DNA of 64,000 bases, from the NCBI GenBank assembly GCA_033763455.1, contig JANRKO010000006.1, forward strand, positions 32,001 through 96,000. Direction: 5' to 3'. Positions 29,459 to 39,709 of this stretch are shown in pieces; the first letter of the stretch is position 1, and every line of letters begins with the position of its first letter. The translations under genes and the position numbers were made by a program. Under the pieces are notes generated by a model. The model saw only the letters and a list, made by a program, of their open reading frames with translations, made no database searches and was not told where the DNA came from. This DNA is from Polyangiaceae bacterium. GTDB taxonomy: Bacteria; Myxococcota_A; Polyangia; Polyangiales; Polyangiaceae.

Positions 29459-32400
29459 TCAGCAACCAGAGGGGACGCTGAGCCTCCGGCGCCGAAGCCT
29501 GGCTCCAGCGAAAACCAGCCCAATAAAGGCCAGCCAAGAGGAAGCGGGGGTCGCCCTCGCACCCATCCTACAACCATTGGCTTCCGGCCCTTCCGGGGCA
29601 CGATTCGCTTCTCCACTAGCCGAGGGCGTCAACTTGGGCTCATCGATTGCCCCCTGAGATGGATCGTTGGAGTTAACCGAAGGCGGCACTGTAGCGCCGA
29701 CCAGTTGCGGCCGTGGATGAGTTGCCTGCACGAAGCCACGCGGGCGGGGTGTTACGCCGGGCCGAGTTCCGGGATCTTGAGGCGAGGGCACTTTTGGAGT
29801 TGTTGTGGTGTTCGTCGGATTCGGGACAGGGTTGTTGGTGGTAGGCTCCGTAGCACGAGAGAGCGCATCGGCACGGGTCTTGGCAATAGGGGGCAGGGCC
29901 AGGCGCAACGAAGGATCCCCCAGAATCGACATGCTGCGCTCCGTCTCCGAGGGCGTGACCTTCAACTTGGCAGCGAGCGCTACCTTGCCCAACGTGCGCG
30001 CCCGCCCAGATGCCCATTCCGCAACGAAGGCCCGATAGAGTGGGCCAAGAGCTGCCGAATCCGCCATGGCCGGAGCTGCCCATACGCTTACGGCAGCACC
30101 ATGAGGCGCGCGCAAGAGGCCCTCGGCCAGGCTCTCCGAATAGACATCGTGAAAGAAGCCATTCAAGCAGGTCATCAACGTGAAGACGGAGGGTGCACCT
30201 GTGCGCTCTAGGCTCACGGCATCATTGAGAGAAAACGCTTGGCCGTTACCCCAAATAGACGTTGACCCGTGACCAATGTAAGTAACCATTCGGCTCGACT
30301 CGCTGAGGGACATCAGCAGCTCTTCCTTCGTGGTGAGAGCCGTCAAAAGCTGCTCTCGCACCGTCAACGGTTCGGGATCGAGTGCCGCGCGGCCCATCAG
30401 TGCCACGTCGATTGTCGGATCTTCCCCGGCTACCAACAGCACATCGAGCGGCCACTCGGGGGGCGCAGCTGCATAGCGAAGCAGCTTTTCGACTGCTATA
30501 TCCAGGTCTTCGGGCGTTCTAGCAGGCAGGCGGCCGACGGCAATTTCTGCGCGCCCATCTTCGTTCAGGTCCCCGTAGTACCCATCGTAGGCAGTCTCGA
30601 AGGCGACCGTATTCATGGTGGCCACAGGGATGTAGTCGACGACGTTTTTGCCGAGGTAGTTGTGCGGATCGAAACTGCCGTCACCCACCAACAAAAGGTA
30701 CTTCGGGGTTTTGCCCTGCTGGGCAAGAAAGCGCATGGCCTCGCGGATGGCCTCAGGATCTTTGCGCCCGCGCCCAAAGTCATCATACAGAGCCTCCACA
30801 TCTTCGACGATTACGCGGAGCCCTTCGCGCTCCCTCTGCGCTACGAGGGGAGCGAGGTGATCTAGGAACGCGGGGTGGCTCACGATCACGAGGTCCGCCA
30901 GAGCGGATGCTCTCAGCGCAGAAGCCTTGATGGGTTGCAGATAACCGACAGGCGTCTCCGCCCCTTTCGTGAAGGCGTAGAGCTCCCGCGTCCCGGTACC
31001 CGGGACGGCAACTTTGCCGCTCACCTCGTCGTTTACCGGGAATTCTAGTACCGCGAGCTCCACGGGGGCAGCGGGGTAAGTCACGTCGAGCACACGGATG
31101 CCGGGCGCCGCGAAGCCGCCCAGCGTTACGCGATCACCGCCGAGCGCTGTGAAGCGCAGTTGTTCGCCGTTTGCCTTGTAGGCCCTTTGATAATAGAGCC
31201 GCGCACTTTCGATCGCGGTGTAGTCCACGTCACCCGCTTTTCCTGTCAGTGTGAGCAGGTTCTCCGCCAATACCTCGGGTACGACGCTCTCAAAGGTGGC
31301 TTGCTCGCGGTTTTCAAATGCAACTGAGCCGAGCGGGAGACCATTCCAGTTGAGCTCAACGTCGTGAGGTAGCAAGCTTACTCCGCGGAGGGTCACCAGC
31401 AGCCGTGGCTCGGCGTTAACTAAAGCGTGAGGTGCTGGCAGAGGCACGGTGAGCGAAGTGGGGCGAATAACTGGGCCGAGAAAGTTGTCTGCTGCCCCAT
31501 TGTTGAGAGCGGCCAAGTAGAACTTCTTCTCCGCGTACTCTTCGAAGGTAGTAAAGCCTGCCGGCCCAAGCGCGCTCATTGCCGGAGGTGTGCCGCCTGC
31601 GTGCGTTAGTGGCTTTCCCGCAAAAGATCCCCACGAAACAGCATAAATGCCCTCATTTGCATAAATGCCCGGTTCTCTCAGCCCCCAAAACTCAAGCGCA
31701 TCACTCGCGTCCAACGTGCCGTCCCCGCCGTCTGCGACGAGCCGGGCAATGCTCGCCCCGTCCTTAAGCACGGCGACCTGGTTCGAGGAGATACCAAGCG
31801 GGAACCCAGCCTGAGCAAGCTCTGTCCCAAGAACACGAATCCACCCGTCCTTTACAACACCAAGCTTCACGAACGGTGTTGCGGAAGCTGCCGAGGATTC
31901 CATGGATCGCGCAACCTGAGAAAGGTCTGTGCTGGGAATTGGCTCATCCAACTTGGCGCCGACGCTTGCCGCCCACGCCGCCGGTGCAATGGCCTGTTCG
32001 GCGGAATATGCCTGGAGCATCGCGCCAGTTGCAGCCGTTGCTCGCCCGATTTCCAGAGGCCCATGCCGGGTGCGTATTCCAGACGCATCCACGTCGTCCA
32101 CGTAGTAGCGCACGGGGCCAGCTCCCCAACTGTGGGGATCGACCCAGAAATACGGCGAGCTTTCGTTCCCGCCCACCATCGCGCGCAGGAGAGAGCCACC
32201 GATCAAATCCCGCGTTATCTGCTTGACCGTTCCGCCCTCTTCACGCAACACGTGAAACCCGAGGTTGTCCTGCTCTAGGCCCGTCTCCCAACCCACGAGC
32301 ACTTGCCCGTTCGGGAGCCGAACTGCGTGCCCTCCAAGGAAGTCGACGGCAAACAGTGGTGCGGCAGCTTCGGCGCCTTTGGTGTAGAAGGTGGCGACGT

Positions 32401-33553
32401 TATTTTGGTTGTTGTACGTTGTCTTGATGTAGTCGGCATCGCGGTCAATCGTGGAAAGCCGAACCTCATCGATCTTGTAGAAGGCCGTGCTGGTGTTGAT
32501 TCCGTAGGCTCCGCCGATGGTAACGGGGGTGGTAGTGGTGTTTAGGGTTCCTGTCTTGGCGTAGTTGCACCCGGCCTCGGAAGATTGGAGGGCACCGTTG
32601 ACGTAGATCTTGACGGTAGAGCCATCCCAGCGCGCAACCACGTGCCTCCAGCCGTTGTTCTGGAACGAGTACGCGCAGGTCTGTTTGGTAGGTGCTGCAC
32701 CACCGGTTCCGAAGTGGGTAACGACACCCTCGAAAACGCCGAGAGTGTTTTCGATCGTCATGGAAAAGACGAAATTCGTTGACGATGCGGTATCCGTGTT
32801 GGTCTTGGCTACCACGCGAGTTTCACCGTAGTCCTCAGTGCTATTCACCCAGGCTTCAGCTGTGAGCGCGGTCGCGCCCGACAAGAAGTTGGAAGTGTTC
32901 ACCCGGTCATCGTCGTTGTCGAAGTCGAGGGCCTTGTGGCTCTTGCCGGTGACGCTCGTGATTGTGTTCATGCCGGTTGCAGTGCCGTTGTAGGCGTTGC
33001 TCGAACTGTCATACATCGTCGAGGTAGACGGGTTGTCGACGGTGGCTTCATCCAAGTGCCAAACGGCAGCGTAGTTCGTCCAAACATCCGTTTTGCGGGC
33101 CGTCGACGTGGTGATCGAAGAATCCCCGTAATACATGTAAATCACGGTATCGCTGCCTGCCGAAATTGTGTTCACCTTTGGCAGTCGTACCCACGCAATC
33201 AACTCTCCCGTGGTGGCCGTGTAAGTCACGAGTTCGTGGCTGAGTGTGCACGCACTCGCACCGTTGCAAGTCGTGGTGTCGAGTGCGCGAAACACAATGT
33301 CGTAACCCGACGAGCTCGTAACATCCCCACCATTCGCAACAGTTTCAAGGTCCGTATCCGTAGTGATGCTCACGAGCAGCGGATAGTTGGAGATAGTGGT
33401 GGCTGAGGTGCCACTTACTCCCACTTTGGTCCGATCGATGGTGATCGATTTTCGGAAGCCAAAATTCGCCCAGGCGGTTCCAGTACATAGTACCGCGACA
33501 CTCGCTAGCACGAGGATCTGGAGCACTCTCAGCAGTTGTCTTCTTACAGGCAT
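29459..33553 (-). CDS. Secreted DUF2341 + LamG + peptidase C25 (gingipain-like) protein with a MYXO-CTERM-like anchor, copy A
   Basis: Signal (TAWA|N), FRKSITID...IYMYYG, AVWHLDE, KIDEVRLS, WETGLEQDNLGF, YLLLVGDG, VGRLPAR, YIGHGS, MTCLNG and a tail GCRMG-TM-RRRR. ATG 33553 is preferred over 33607. Confidence 0.85.
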   Translation of the reverse strand: MPVRRQLLRVLQILVLASVAVLCTGTAWANFGFRKSITIDRTKVGVSGTSATTISNYPLLVSITTDTDLETVANGGDVTSSSGYDIVFRALDTTTCNGASACTLSHELVTYTATTGELIAWVRLPKVNTISAGSDTVIYMYYGDSSITTSTARKTDVWTNYAAVWHLDEATVDNPSTSTMYDSSSNAYNGTATGMNTITSVTGKSHKALDFDNDDDRVNTSNFLSGATALTAEAWVNSTEDYGETRVVAKTNTDTASSTNFVFSMTIENTLGVFEGVVTHFGTGGAAPTKQTCAYSFQNNGWRHVVARWDGSTVKIYVNGALQSSEAGCNYAKTGTLNTTTTPVTIGGAYGINTSTAFYKIDEVRLSTIDRDADYIKTTYNNQNNVATFYTKGAEAAAPLFAVDFLGGHAVRLPNGQVLVGWETGLEQDNLGFHVLREEGGTVKQITRDLIGGSLLRAMVGGNESSPYFWVDPHSWGAGPVRYYVDDVDASGIRTRHGPLEIGRATAATGAMLQAYSAEQAIAPAAWAASVGAKLDEPIPSTDLSQVARSMESSAASATPFVKLGVVKDGWIRVLGTELAQAGFPLGISSNQVAVLKDGASIARLVADGGDGTLDASDALEFWGLREPGIYANEGIYAVSWGSFAGKPLTHAGGTPPAMSALGPAGFTTFEEYAEKKFYLAALNNGAADNFLGPVIRPTSLTVPLPAPHALVNAEPRLLVTLRGVSLLPHDVELNWNGLPLGSVAFENREQATFESVVPEVLAENLLTLTGKAGDVDYTAIESARLYYQRAYKANGEQLRFTALGGDRVTLGGFAAPGIRVLDVTYPAAPVELAVLEFPVNDEVSGKVAVPGTGTRELYAFTKGAETPVGYLQPIKASALRASALADLVIVSHPAFLDHLAPLVAQREREGLRVIVEDVEALYDDFGRGRKDPEAIREAMRFLAQQGKTPKYLLLVGDGSFDPHNYLGKNVVDYIPVATMNTVAFETAYDGYYGDLNEDGRAEIAVGRLPARTPEDLDIAVEKLLRYAAAPPEWPLDVLLVAGEDPTIDVALMGRAALDPEPLTVREQLLTALTTKEELLMSLSESSRMVTYIGHGSTSIWGNGQAFSLNDAVSLERTGAPSVFTLMTCLNGFFHDVYSESLAEGLLRAPHGAAVSVWAAPAMADSAALGPLYRAFVAEWASGRARTLGKVALAAKLKVTPSETERSMSILGDPSLRLALPPIAKTRADALSRATEPTTNNPVPNPTNTTTTPKVPSPQDPGTRPGVTPRPRGFVQATHPRPQLVGATVPPSVNSNDPSQGAIDEPKLTPSASGEANRAPEGPEANGCRMGARATPASSWLAFIGLVFAGARLRRRRLSVPSGC

Positions 33554-33767
33554 CGAACATTTCTCCGCGCACCACTGGTTCGGTGCTTCCTTGGGAGCCT
33601 TGGTCAATCAACCAAACGGTGAGAACGCTGGAGCCTTGAGCTACCCCTGCCCGCGCAAGCCGTTGGGCGCGGTGGGTCCCAGTCTGAGACATGTCGCTCG
33701 TGAGGCTTTGTGTGCACGCCAAGCGCCCCTCGAACATCTTCATGCGCCACGGAGGCGGGAGCATTCC

Positions 33768-36700
33768 CTATCCGTTCTGGACGGCCCTGGCTTTGCGATA
33801 GCGGGCGCAACGCCGTCGCTCGCGCGAGCGCGCGAGGCCCATCCCCGCAGTCAGCAGCAACAGCATGAAACCTAAATTGCCACCCGAGGACGGGCCGGAA
33901 GGCAATGCGCAAGCGGTGCGCTCGGGACCCACGTCTTGTTTCGCGCGCTCGTTAACGGCGGCGGGAGAAGAAGGTGGATCGCTGTTGCCTCCCGGGAGTG
34001 TCGCCACGTGCTCGGTCGAGCTCGGGTAGATCATCCGGCTCCCAGGTAACTCCCATTCAGGAGTCGCCGAGAATAGCCCGCGCACCGGACGCCTGGTTGA
34101 CGTTGACGAAGGCGCCGGAGATGGCGGCTCGGATGAGGTCGGGACGGGCGGGGGAACCAGGACGCCCGGTGGAGGGTCGTTCGCTGGGGCTAGGGCTGCT
34201 GCTCGGGTCTGCGCGACCTGGGGCAGGGCTAGTCTGAGCGACGGATCGCCCAACAGCGCCATCATGCGTTCGGTGTCGGACGGGGCTACCTGGCGCTTCA
34301 CCGCCACCACGAGCTCGCCCAACGTCCGGATCCTGCCCGAGCTCCACTCTGAGATAAAAGTTTGATAGAGCAGCCCGAGATCATCGGACTGCGCCATTGC
34401 GGGAGGCGCCCACACGCTCACGGCGACACCATGGGGTGCGCGCAGCAACCCCTCCGCCAGGCTTTCCCCGTACACATCGTGAAAGAAGCCATTCAAGCAG
34501 GTGAGGAGCGTGAAGACGGAAGGCGGTCCGGTGCGAGATAAGCTCACGGCGTCGCTAGTTGCGAACGCACTGCCGTTACCCCACACCTGGGTCGAACCGT
34601 GCCCAATATACGTTACGAGACGGCTGCTCGGTTCGGTCAGAGATCCCAACAGCTCCTGCTTGGGTGTCATCGGGGTGAGTGCTTGTTCGCGCACCGAAAG
34701 CGGTTCGCCTTGCAACGCATCTTGGCCGATTTTTGCTACGTCGATCAGCGCATCTTCACCCGCTACCAAGAGTACATCAAGCGGCCAGTCAGGCGGAGCC
34801 ACTGAGTAGCGGACAAGCTTCTCGATCACGATCCCGAGCTCTTCGGGTGTGCGTACCGGTAGGCGGCCCACGGCAAGCTCTGGACGACCGTCTTCGTTGA
34901 GGTCAGCATAGTAGTCGTCGTAAGCAGTCTCGAAGGCAGGCGTGTTGAGTGTGGGCACGGGCACAAAATCAGCGACGTTTTTGCCGAGGTAGTTGTGGGG
35001 ATCGAAGCTCCCATCTCCCACCAAGAGCAGATATTTCGCGGGCCTTCCCTGGGCCGCTAGCCAGCGCAGGCTTTCCCGGATCGCCTCCGGATCTTTCCGC
35101 CCGCGACCAAACTCATCGTAAATCGCCTCGACGTCGTCGACGACAACCCGCAAGCCTTCGCTCTCGCGAAGTCGCACGAGCGGGCCAAGGCGTTCCAAGA
35201 AGCTCCCGTGACTCAGGATCACGAGGTCGGCCGGGCCGGCCGCTCTGAGTGCCGAAGACTGGTAACGCTTCAATGATGCAGGCGGCGTGACGGCGTCCTC
35301 GGTGAAGGCAAAGAGATCGCGCGTACCCGAACCCGGAATTGCCACCTTGCCGCTGAGATCGTCGGGTGGGCCGAACTCCAGTACCGAAAGCTCAGTGGGA
35401 ACTGCACTGTTGGTCAGATCGAGCACACGAATACCAGGCTGAGCAAAGCCACTCAGGCTCACATTGTCCCCGCCCAACGCCGTGAAGCGCAGTTGACCGT
35501 TCAGTGCCCTGTACGCCCGCTGATAGAAGACCCGCGCGTTCACGATGGCGGAATAGTCGTAGTCGCCCGCCGTGCCAGTCAGGGTTAGTGTGTTGTCGGA
35601 ATAGATTTCAGGGAGTGCGCTTTCAAACGTCGCTTGCTCTCGATTGGCGAAGCTCACGGAACCGAGGTGGATGCCGTCCCAGGCGACATCCACCTGATGG
35701 GGCAGAAGGCTTGTACCTTGCAGGTTTACCTGTAGGCGCGGCACCACAGCACCCAGGGGGTCCGGGGTAGGAACCGGCACCGTGAGCCCCGAGGGTCGGA
35801 TGAGAGGGCCCATGAAGTTATCCCCCGGGCCATTGTTGAGGGCTGCGAGGTAAAATTTCTTCTCCGCATACTCAGAGGAGGTTGGAAAGCCAGACGGGCC
35901 AAGAGCACTCATCGCAGGCGGGGCCGCGCCCGAGGTCAGCACATCTCTCCCCCGTGGCCCCTCCCAGCTCACTAGGTAGACGCCTTCGTTCGCGTAGATC
36001 CCTGGCTCACCCAACCCCCAAAACTCCAGCGTATCCTCGGCGTCGAACGTGCCGTCAGCTCCATCCTCAATGGAGCGAGCCAACTCGGCTCCATCCTTCA
36101 GCACTGCGACTCGATTCGACGCAACTCCAAGAGGGAATCCTTCGAGCGCCAACGCCGCTCCTGTCACGCGCTGCCAGCCATTCTTCGACACACCCACCTT
36201 GATCAGTGCTGGCAGCGATTCAGGTGTGAACTCTAGTGATCGGGCCACCTCTGCGAAATCTGACTCCGCCACCAACGCTTGCGCTTTCGCATGGTTCTCT
36301 CCGCCCAGTTTGTCTTCCTGTTGTGCAGACCACGCACTCAACAGGCCAGCGTCAGCGTCCGACGGTGGCGCAGGTGCAAAGGGACCGTGCCGCGTCGCTT
36401 TGCCATAAGCATCCACGTCCTCCACAAAGTAGCGCACCGGTCCCGCGCCCCAGCCGTGATGGTCCAGCCAGAAATAGGGGGAGCCGCCATTGCCATCGAG
36501 CATCGCTCGCAAGAGCGACCCTCCCACCAAATCCTGAGTGACCTGCGAAAATACGCCACCCTGCTCGCGCACCACGTGAAACCCGAGGTTGTCGCGCTCC
36601 AGGCCCGTTTGCCAACCCAGCAACACTTGCCCATTTGGCAGCGCTATGGCGTGTGCCCCGAGGAAATCTACCGCAAATTCTCCGACGGTAACGGCGTCTT

Positions 36701-37871
36701 CCGCTCCCACGGTGTAGAAGGTGCTGGGGGAATTCTGGTTGTTGTAAACGGCCTTGAAGTAGCTGGCGCTTCGGGCGACGGTGGAGAGGCGCACCTCGTC
36801 CATCGTGGCAGCCAAGTAGCTCGTGCCTGTGCTCGTGAGGCGCCCCAAGGTAACCGGGGTTGTCGTGGTGTTGAGCGTGCCCGTCTTGGCGTAGGTGCAG
36901 CCAGAGCCACCAGGGGCGGCGCCATTGATGTATACGATGACGTTGGCACCGTCGTAGCTGAAGGCGATATGGCTCCACTCAGAAAAGATGGAAGCGTCGT
37001 AACACTTCTGCGCCGTCCCCGCGACGCCCCCGGTGGCGACGACCGTCTGCACGTAGGCGGGGGGCTCGGGGGAAGGGTCCGGAACATGCCCGAGTGCGAA
37101 CACATAGTTCGTGCTGCTCACTGTATTGGTACTACTTTTTCCAACCAGCGTCTGGAAGGCGAGGCCGTCGTCCGTGTTCAGGATCCACCCCTCCGCGCTG
37201 AACGCACTGACTCCTGACAGGAAATCCGCCGTGCTGACTCCGTCGTCCCCATCCATGAGGAGCCCCTTGGTGACCTGACTGGTAACGCTCTGCGCGGCGG
37301 TCATGCTCCCGGAAGTGGTGCCATCGCGTGCGTTGCTGGTGCTGTCGTCCATCTGAGGCGCGGTTCCGTTGGGGGCCTCTTCGAGGTGCCAAACCGCTGC
37401 GTAGTCCTTCCAAACGTCCGTCTTCCTCTGCGTGGAAGACGTGATGCTGGAGTCCCCGTAGTAGATGTAAAACACCGTATTGCTGGCCGCAGAATAGGCG
37501 TTCACGCTCGGGAGCCGCACGAATGCCACGATTTTCCCCGTCGTCGACGTGTAGCTGATGAGCTCATGGCTCAAAGTACAGGAGGCGGGGCCACCGCAAG
37601 TTGTGGTGTCGTTAGCTCGAAAGACAATGTCGTGGCCTGAGCTGCTCGTCACGTCGCCACCGCTCCCGGTGACCCTCAGATCGGTATCCGTAAAACTCAC
37701 AAACACCGCAAAGTCGGTGATGGTGGTCGTGCCAGCGAGACCTACCTTAGTTCTATCCACCGTGATCGACTGCCGGTACCCGAACGCGGCCTCGGCCGTG
37801 CCCGCCCAAAGGAGCAACAGACAACCTAAAATGGTGGAACAAACTGCTCTCAGGGCTTGGGTAGGAGGCAT
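33768..37871 (-). CDS. Secreted DUF2341 + LamG + peptidase C25 protein with a C-terminal anchor, copy B
   Basis: Same architecture as copy A: YIGHGS, LTCLNG and a tail ACAL-TM-RSRERRR. ATG 37871 is preferred. Confidence 0.85.
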   Translation of the reverse strand: MPPTQALRAVCSTILGCLLLLWAGTAEAAFGYRQSITVDRTKVGLAGTTTITDFAVFVSFTDTDLRVTGSGGDVTSSSGHDIVFRANDTTTCGGPASCTLSHELISYTSTTGKIVAFVRLPSVNAYSAASNTVFYIYYGDSSITSSTQRKTDVWKDYAAVWHLEEAPNGTAPQMDDSTSNARDGTTSGSMTAAQSVTSQVTKGLLMDGDDGVSTADFLSGVSAFSAEGWILNTDDGLAFQTLVGKSSTNTVSSTNYVFALGHVPDPSPEPPAYVQTVVATGGVAGTAQKCYDASIFSEWSHIAFSYDGANVIVYINGAAPGGSGCTYAKTGTLNTTTTPVTLGRLTSTGTSYLAATMDEVRLSTVARSASYFKAVYNNQNSPSTFYTVGAEDAVTVGEFAVDFLGAHAIALPNGQVLLGWQTGLERDNLGFHVVREQGGVFSQVTQDLVGGSLLRAMLDGNGGSPYFWLDHHGWGAGPVRYFVEDVDAYGKATRHGPFAPAPPSDADAGLLSAWSAQQEDKLGGENHAKAQALVAESDFAEVARSLEFTPESLPALIKVGVSKNGWQRVTGAALALEGFPLGVASNRVAVLKDGAELARSIEDGADGTFDAEDTLEFWGLGEPGIYANEGVYLVSWEGPRGRDVLTSGAAPPAMSALGPSGFPTSSEYAEKKFYLAALNNGPGDNFMGPLIRPSGLTVPVPTPDPLGAVVPRLQVNLQGTSLLPHQVDVAWDGIHLGSVSFANREQATFESALPEIYSDNTLTLTGTAGDYDYSAIVNARVFYQRAYRALNGQLRFTALGGDNVSLSGFAQPGIRVLDLTNSAVPTELSVLEFGPPDDLSGKVAIPGSGTRDLFAFTEDAVTPPASLKRYQSSALRAAGPADLVILSHGSFLERLGPLVRLRESEGLRVVVDDVEAIYDEFGRGRKDPEAIRESLRWLAAQGRPAKYLLLVGDGSFDPHNYLGKNVADFVPVPTLNTPAFETAYDDYYADLNEDGRPELAVGRLPVRTPEELGIVIEKLVRYSVAPPDWPLDVLLVAGEDALIDVAKIGQDALQGEPLSVREQALTPMTPKQELLGSLTEPSSRLVTYIGHGSTQVWGNGSAFATSDAVSLSRTGPPSVFTLLTCLNGFFHDVYGESLAEGLLRAPHGVAVSVWAPPAMAQSDDLGLLYQTFISEWSSGRIRTLGELVVAVKRQVAPSDTERMMALLGDPSLRLALPQVAQTRAAALAPANDPPPGVLVPPPVPTSSEPPSPAPSSTSTRRPVRGLFSATPEWELPGSRMIYPSSTEHVATLPGGNSDPPSSPAAVNERAKQDVGPERTACALPSGPSSGGNLGFMLLLLTAGMGLARSRERRRCARYRKARAVQNG

Positions 37872-38335
37872 GGTCACAAACCGGGCGGTTGCACAGCAGG
37901 GGTAACCTCGGGGTAAACGGCACATCCGACCAGTTCCTTTAGTAAGTCCGAAACGTCGAGACGCCGACCTACACGCACTCCCCCCAAGAAACCGGCTTTT
38001 TCAGCTCCGCAGAGTCGTTGGTCCTTCGGCAGCCGTAGGCCGCCAGAGCATCCGTTGCCAAGCTCTCACCCGACGCATGCGTCCGTTGCTCTGAGTCAGT
38101 CGTCGACCTGTGCCCGAACGTGCCTGTTCAGAATCGCCACGACGAGTGTTCAGGACGCTCCGAACGCCGCTGGCTTGCGCGAAGAGCCGTTTGGCGCACA
38201 CACCCCCATTCTGGCAGGAGCGCTGCGTTACATTCTAGCCGCTATTCCCACCCGCATACCGTCGCGTATACGGGCGATTCGTTTCAAACCGGTCTAGAAG
38301 GTGGGGTACCGGTTGAGGTAAGAAGCGAGTACTTC

Positions 38336-39691
38336 ATGACAGAGAGCAGCCCTTCCACACTCAAGCAACCCACGGCGCGAGGCGTTGAGCTCACGTCTGA
38401 GGTCGCGCGTGAAGGATTGCTGCACGCCAAACGCCCCACGAGCCTGCCGCTTGCCCCCAAGGCTCCTGTTGCTCGTCGCAAACTGCCGCTTGCCGCTGAA
38501 TCGCGTCCTATCGATCGCGCGTGGCGGCCCATTTATGCTGTTTGGGAAATCACTCTCAAGTGCGACCTCGCGTGCCGGCACTGTGGCTCCCGCGCTGGCA
38601 AAGCGCGGAGCGATGAACTCAGCACCGAACAATGCTTCGATCTCATCGAGCAGATGGCGGAGCTCGGCGTGAAGGAAGTGACCATCATTGGGGGCGAAGC
38701 TTATCTGCGTCCGGATTGGCTCGATATCGTACGCAAGATCCGTGATGTTGGTATGCAATCCACAATGACCACGGGCGGCCGCGGGATAACGCCGGAACAC
38801 GCGCGCGCCGCGCGTGAAGCTGGGCTCATGAGTGTCAGCGTTTCGGTAGATGGCCTGGAAGAAACTCACGATCGCTTACGGGGTGTAACGGGGTCCTTTC
38901 AGTCGGCGATGGCCGCTATTGCCGCTTTTCGAGCCGCGGGAGTGCCGGTTTCCGCAAATACTCAGATCAATCGCCTGAGTGCTCGGGAGATGCCCGAGCT
39001 CTTGGAGAGGCTCATTGTGGCTGGCATTCATGGTTGGCAGCTACAGCTTACGGTTCCCATGGGCCGTGCCGTCGATGAGCCGGACGTGCTGCTCCAGCCG
39101 TATGATTTGCTGAAAATCTTTCCGATGGTGGCTGAGCTCAAACGGCGCACGGTTGAAGCTCGTGTAACCCTCTGGCCGGGCAATAATCTCGGCTATTTTG
39201 GCCCGTACGAGTCACTGCTGCGCGGCTCGATGCCTGAGGGCCACCTGGGATCCTGTGGAGCCGGTCGCGGTACGTTGGGTATCGAAGCCGATGGCACCAT
39301 CAAAGGTTGCCCTTCCTTGCCAACCCGTGAATTTGCCGGCGGCAACGTGCTCGACAACCGACTCGTAGACATCTGGGAGCGAGCCGAAGCGTTGCGTTTT
39401 ACAAGGGATCGCCAGGTGCCGCGTGATCTTTGGGGCTATTGCGCCACCTGCTACTACGCCGATACCTGCCGTGCCGGCTGCACCTGGACGGGCTTTACCG
39501 CCCTTGGTAAGGCCGGGAACAATCCGTATTGCCATCACCGCGCGTTAGAGTTCGAGCGAATCGGCAAGCGCGAGCGGCTCGTGCTCGCCTCGCCTGCCCC
39601 CGGTGAGCCCTTTGATCATGGTCGCTTCGATCTTATCGAGGAAGACATTCCTTCAAGCTCTTTATCCCTAGAAACAGCAAGCCCCTCCTAA
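38336..39691 (+). CDS. Radical SAM/SPASM peptide maturase, PlpX/TIGR03913-like (putative splicease)
   Basis: YAVWEITLKCDLACRHCGSRAG, IGGEAYLRPDW, NTQINRLS, WQLQLTVPMGRA, PGNNLGYFGPYE, GIEADGTIKGCPSLP, CxxC-x5-C-x3-C and NNPYCHHRAL. The start is uncertain. Confidence 0.9.
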   Translation: MTESSPSTLKQPTARGVELTSEVAREGLLHAKRPTSLPLAPKAPVARRKLPLAAESRPIDRAWRPIYAVWEITLKCDLACRHCGSRAGKARSDELSTEQCFDLIEQMAELGVKEVTIIGGEAYLRPDWLDIVRKIRDVGMQSTMTTGGRGITPEHARAAREAGLMSVSVSVDGLEETHDRLRGVTGSFQSAMAAIAAFRAAGVPVSANTQINRLSAREMPELLERLIVAGIHGWQLQLTVPMGRAVDEPDVLLQPYDLLKIFPMVAELKRRTVEARVTLWPGNNLGYFGPYESLLRGSMPEGHLGSCGAGRGTLGIEADGTIKGCPSLPTREFAGGNVLDNRLVDIWERAEALRFTRDRQVPRDLWGYCATCYYADTCRAGCTWTGFTALGKAGNNPYCHHRALEFERIGKRERLVLASPAPGEPFDHGRFDLIEEDIPSSSLSLETASPS

Positions 39692-39709
39692 ACCAAAAGG
39701 AAACTTAAA

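Noticed and set aside
28761..29657. 298-aa plus-strand ORF
   Set aside because: Antisense shadow of the LysE gene and the C25 tail, with no recognisable motifs.
36279..37217. 312-aa plus-strand ORF, and similar long antisense ORFs at 27456, 46907 and 51415
   Set aside because: They lie opposite well-supported genes, as expected in GC-rich DNA.
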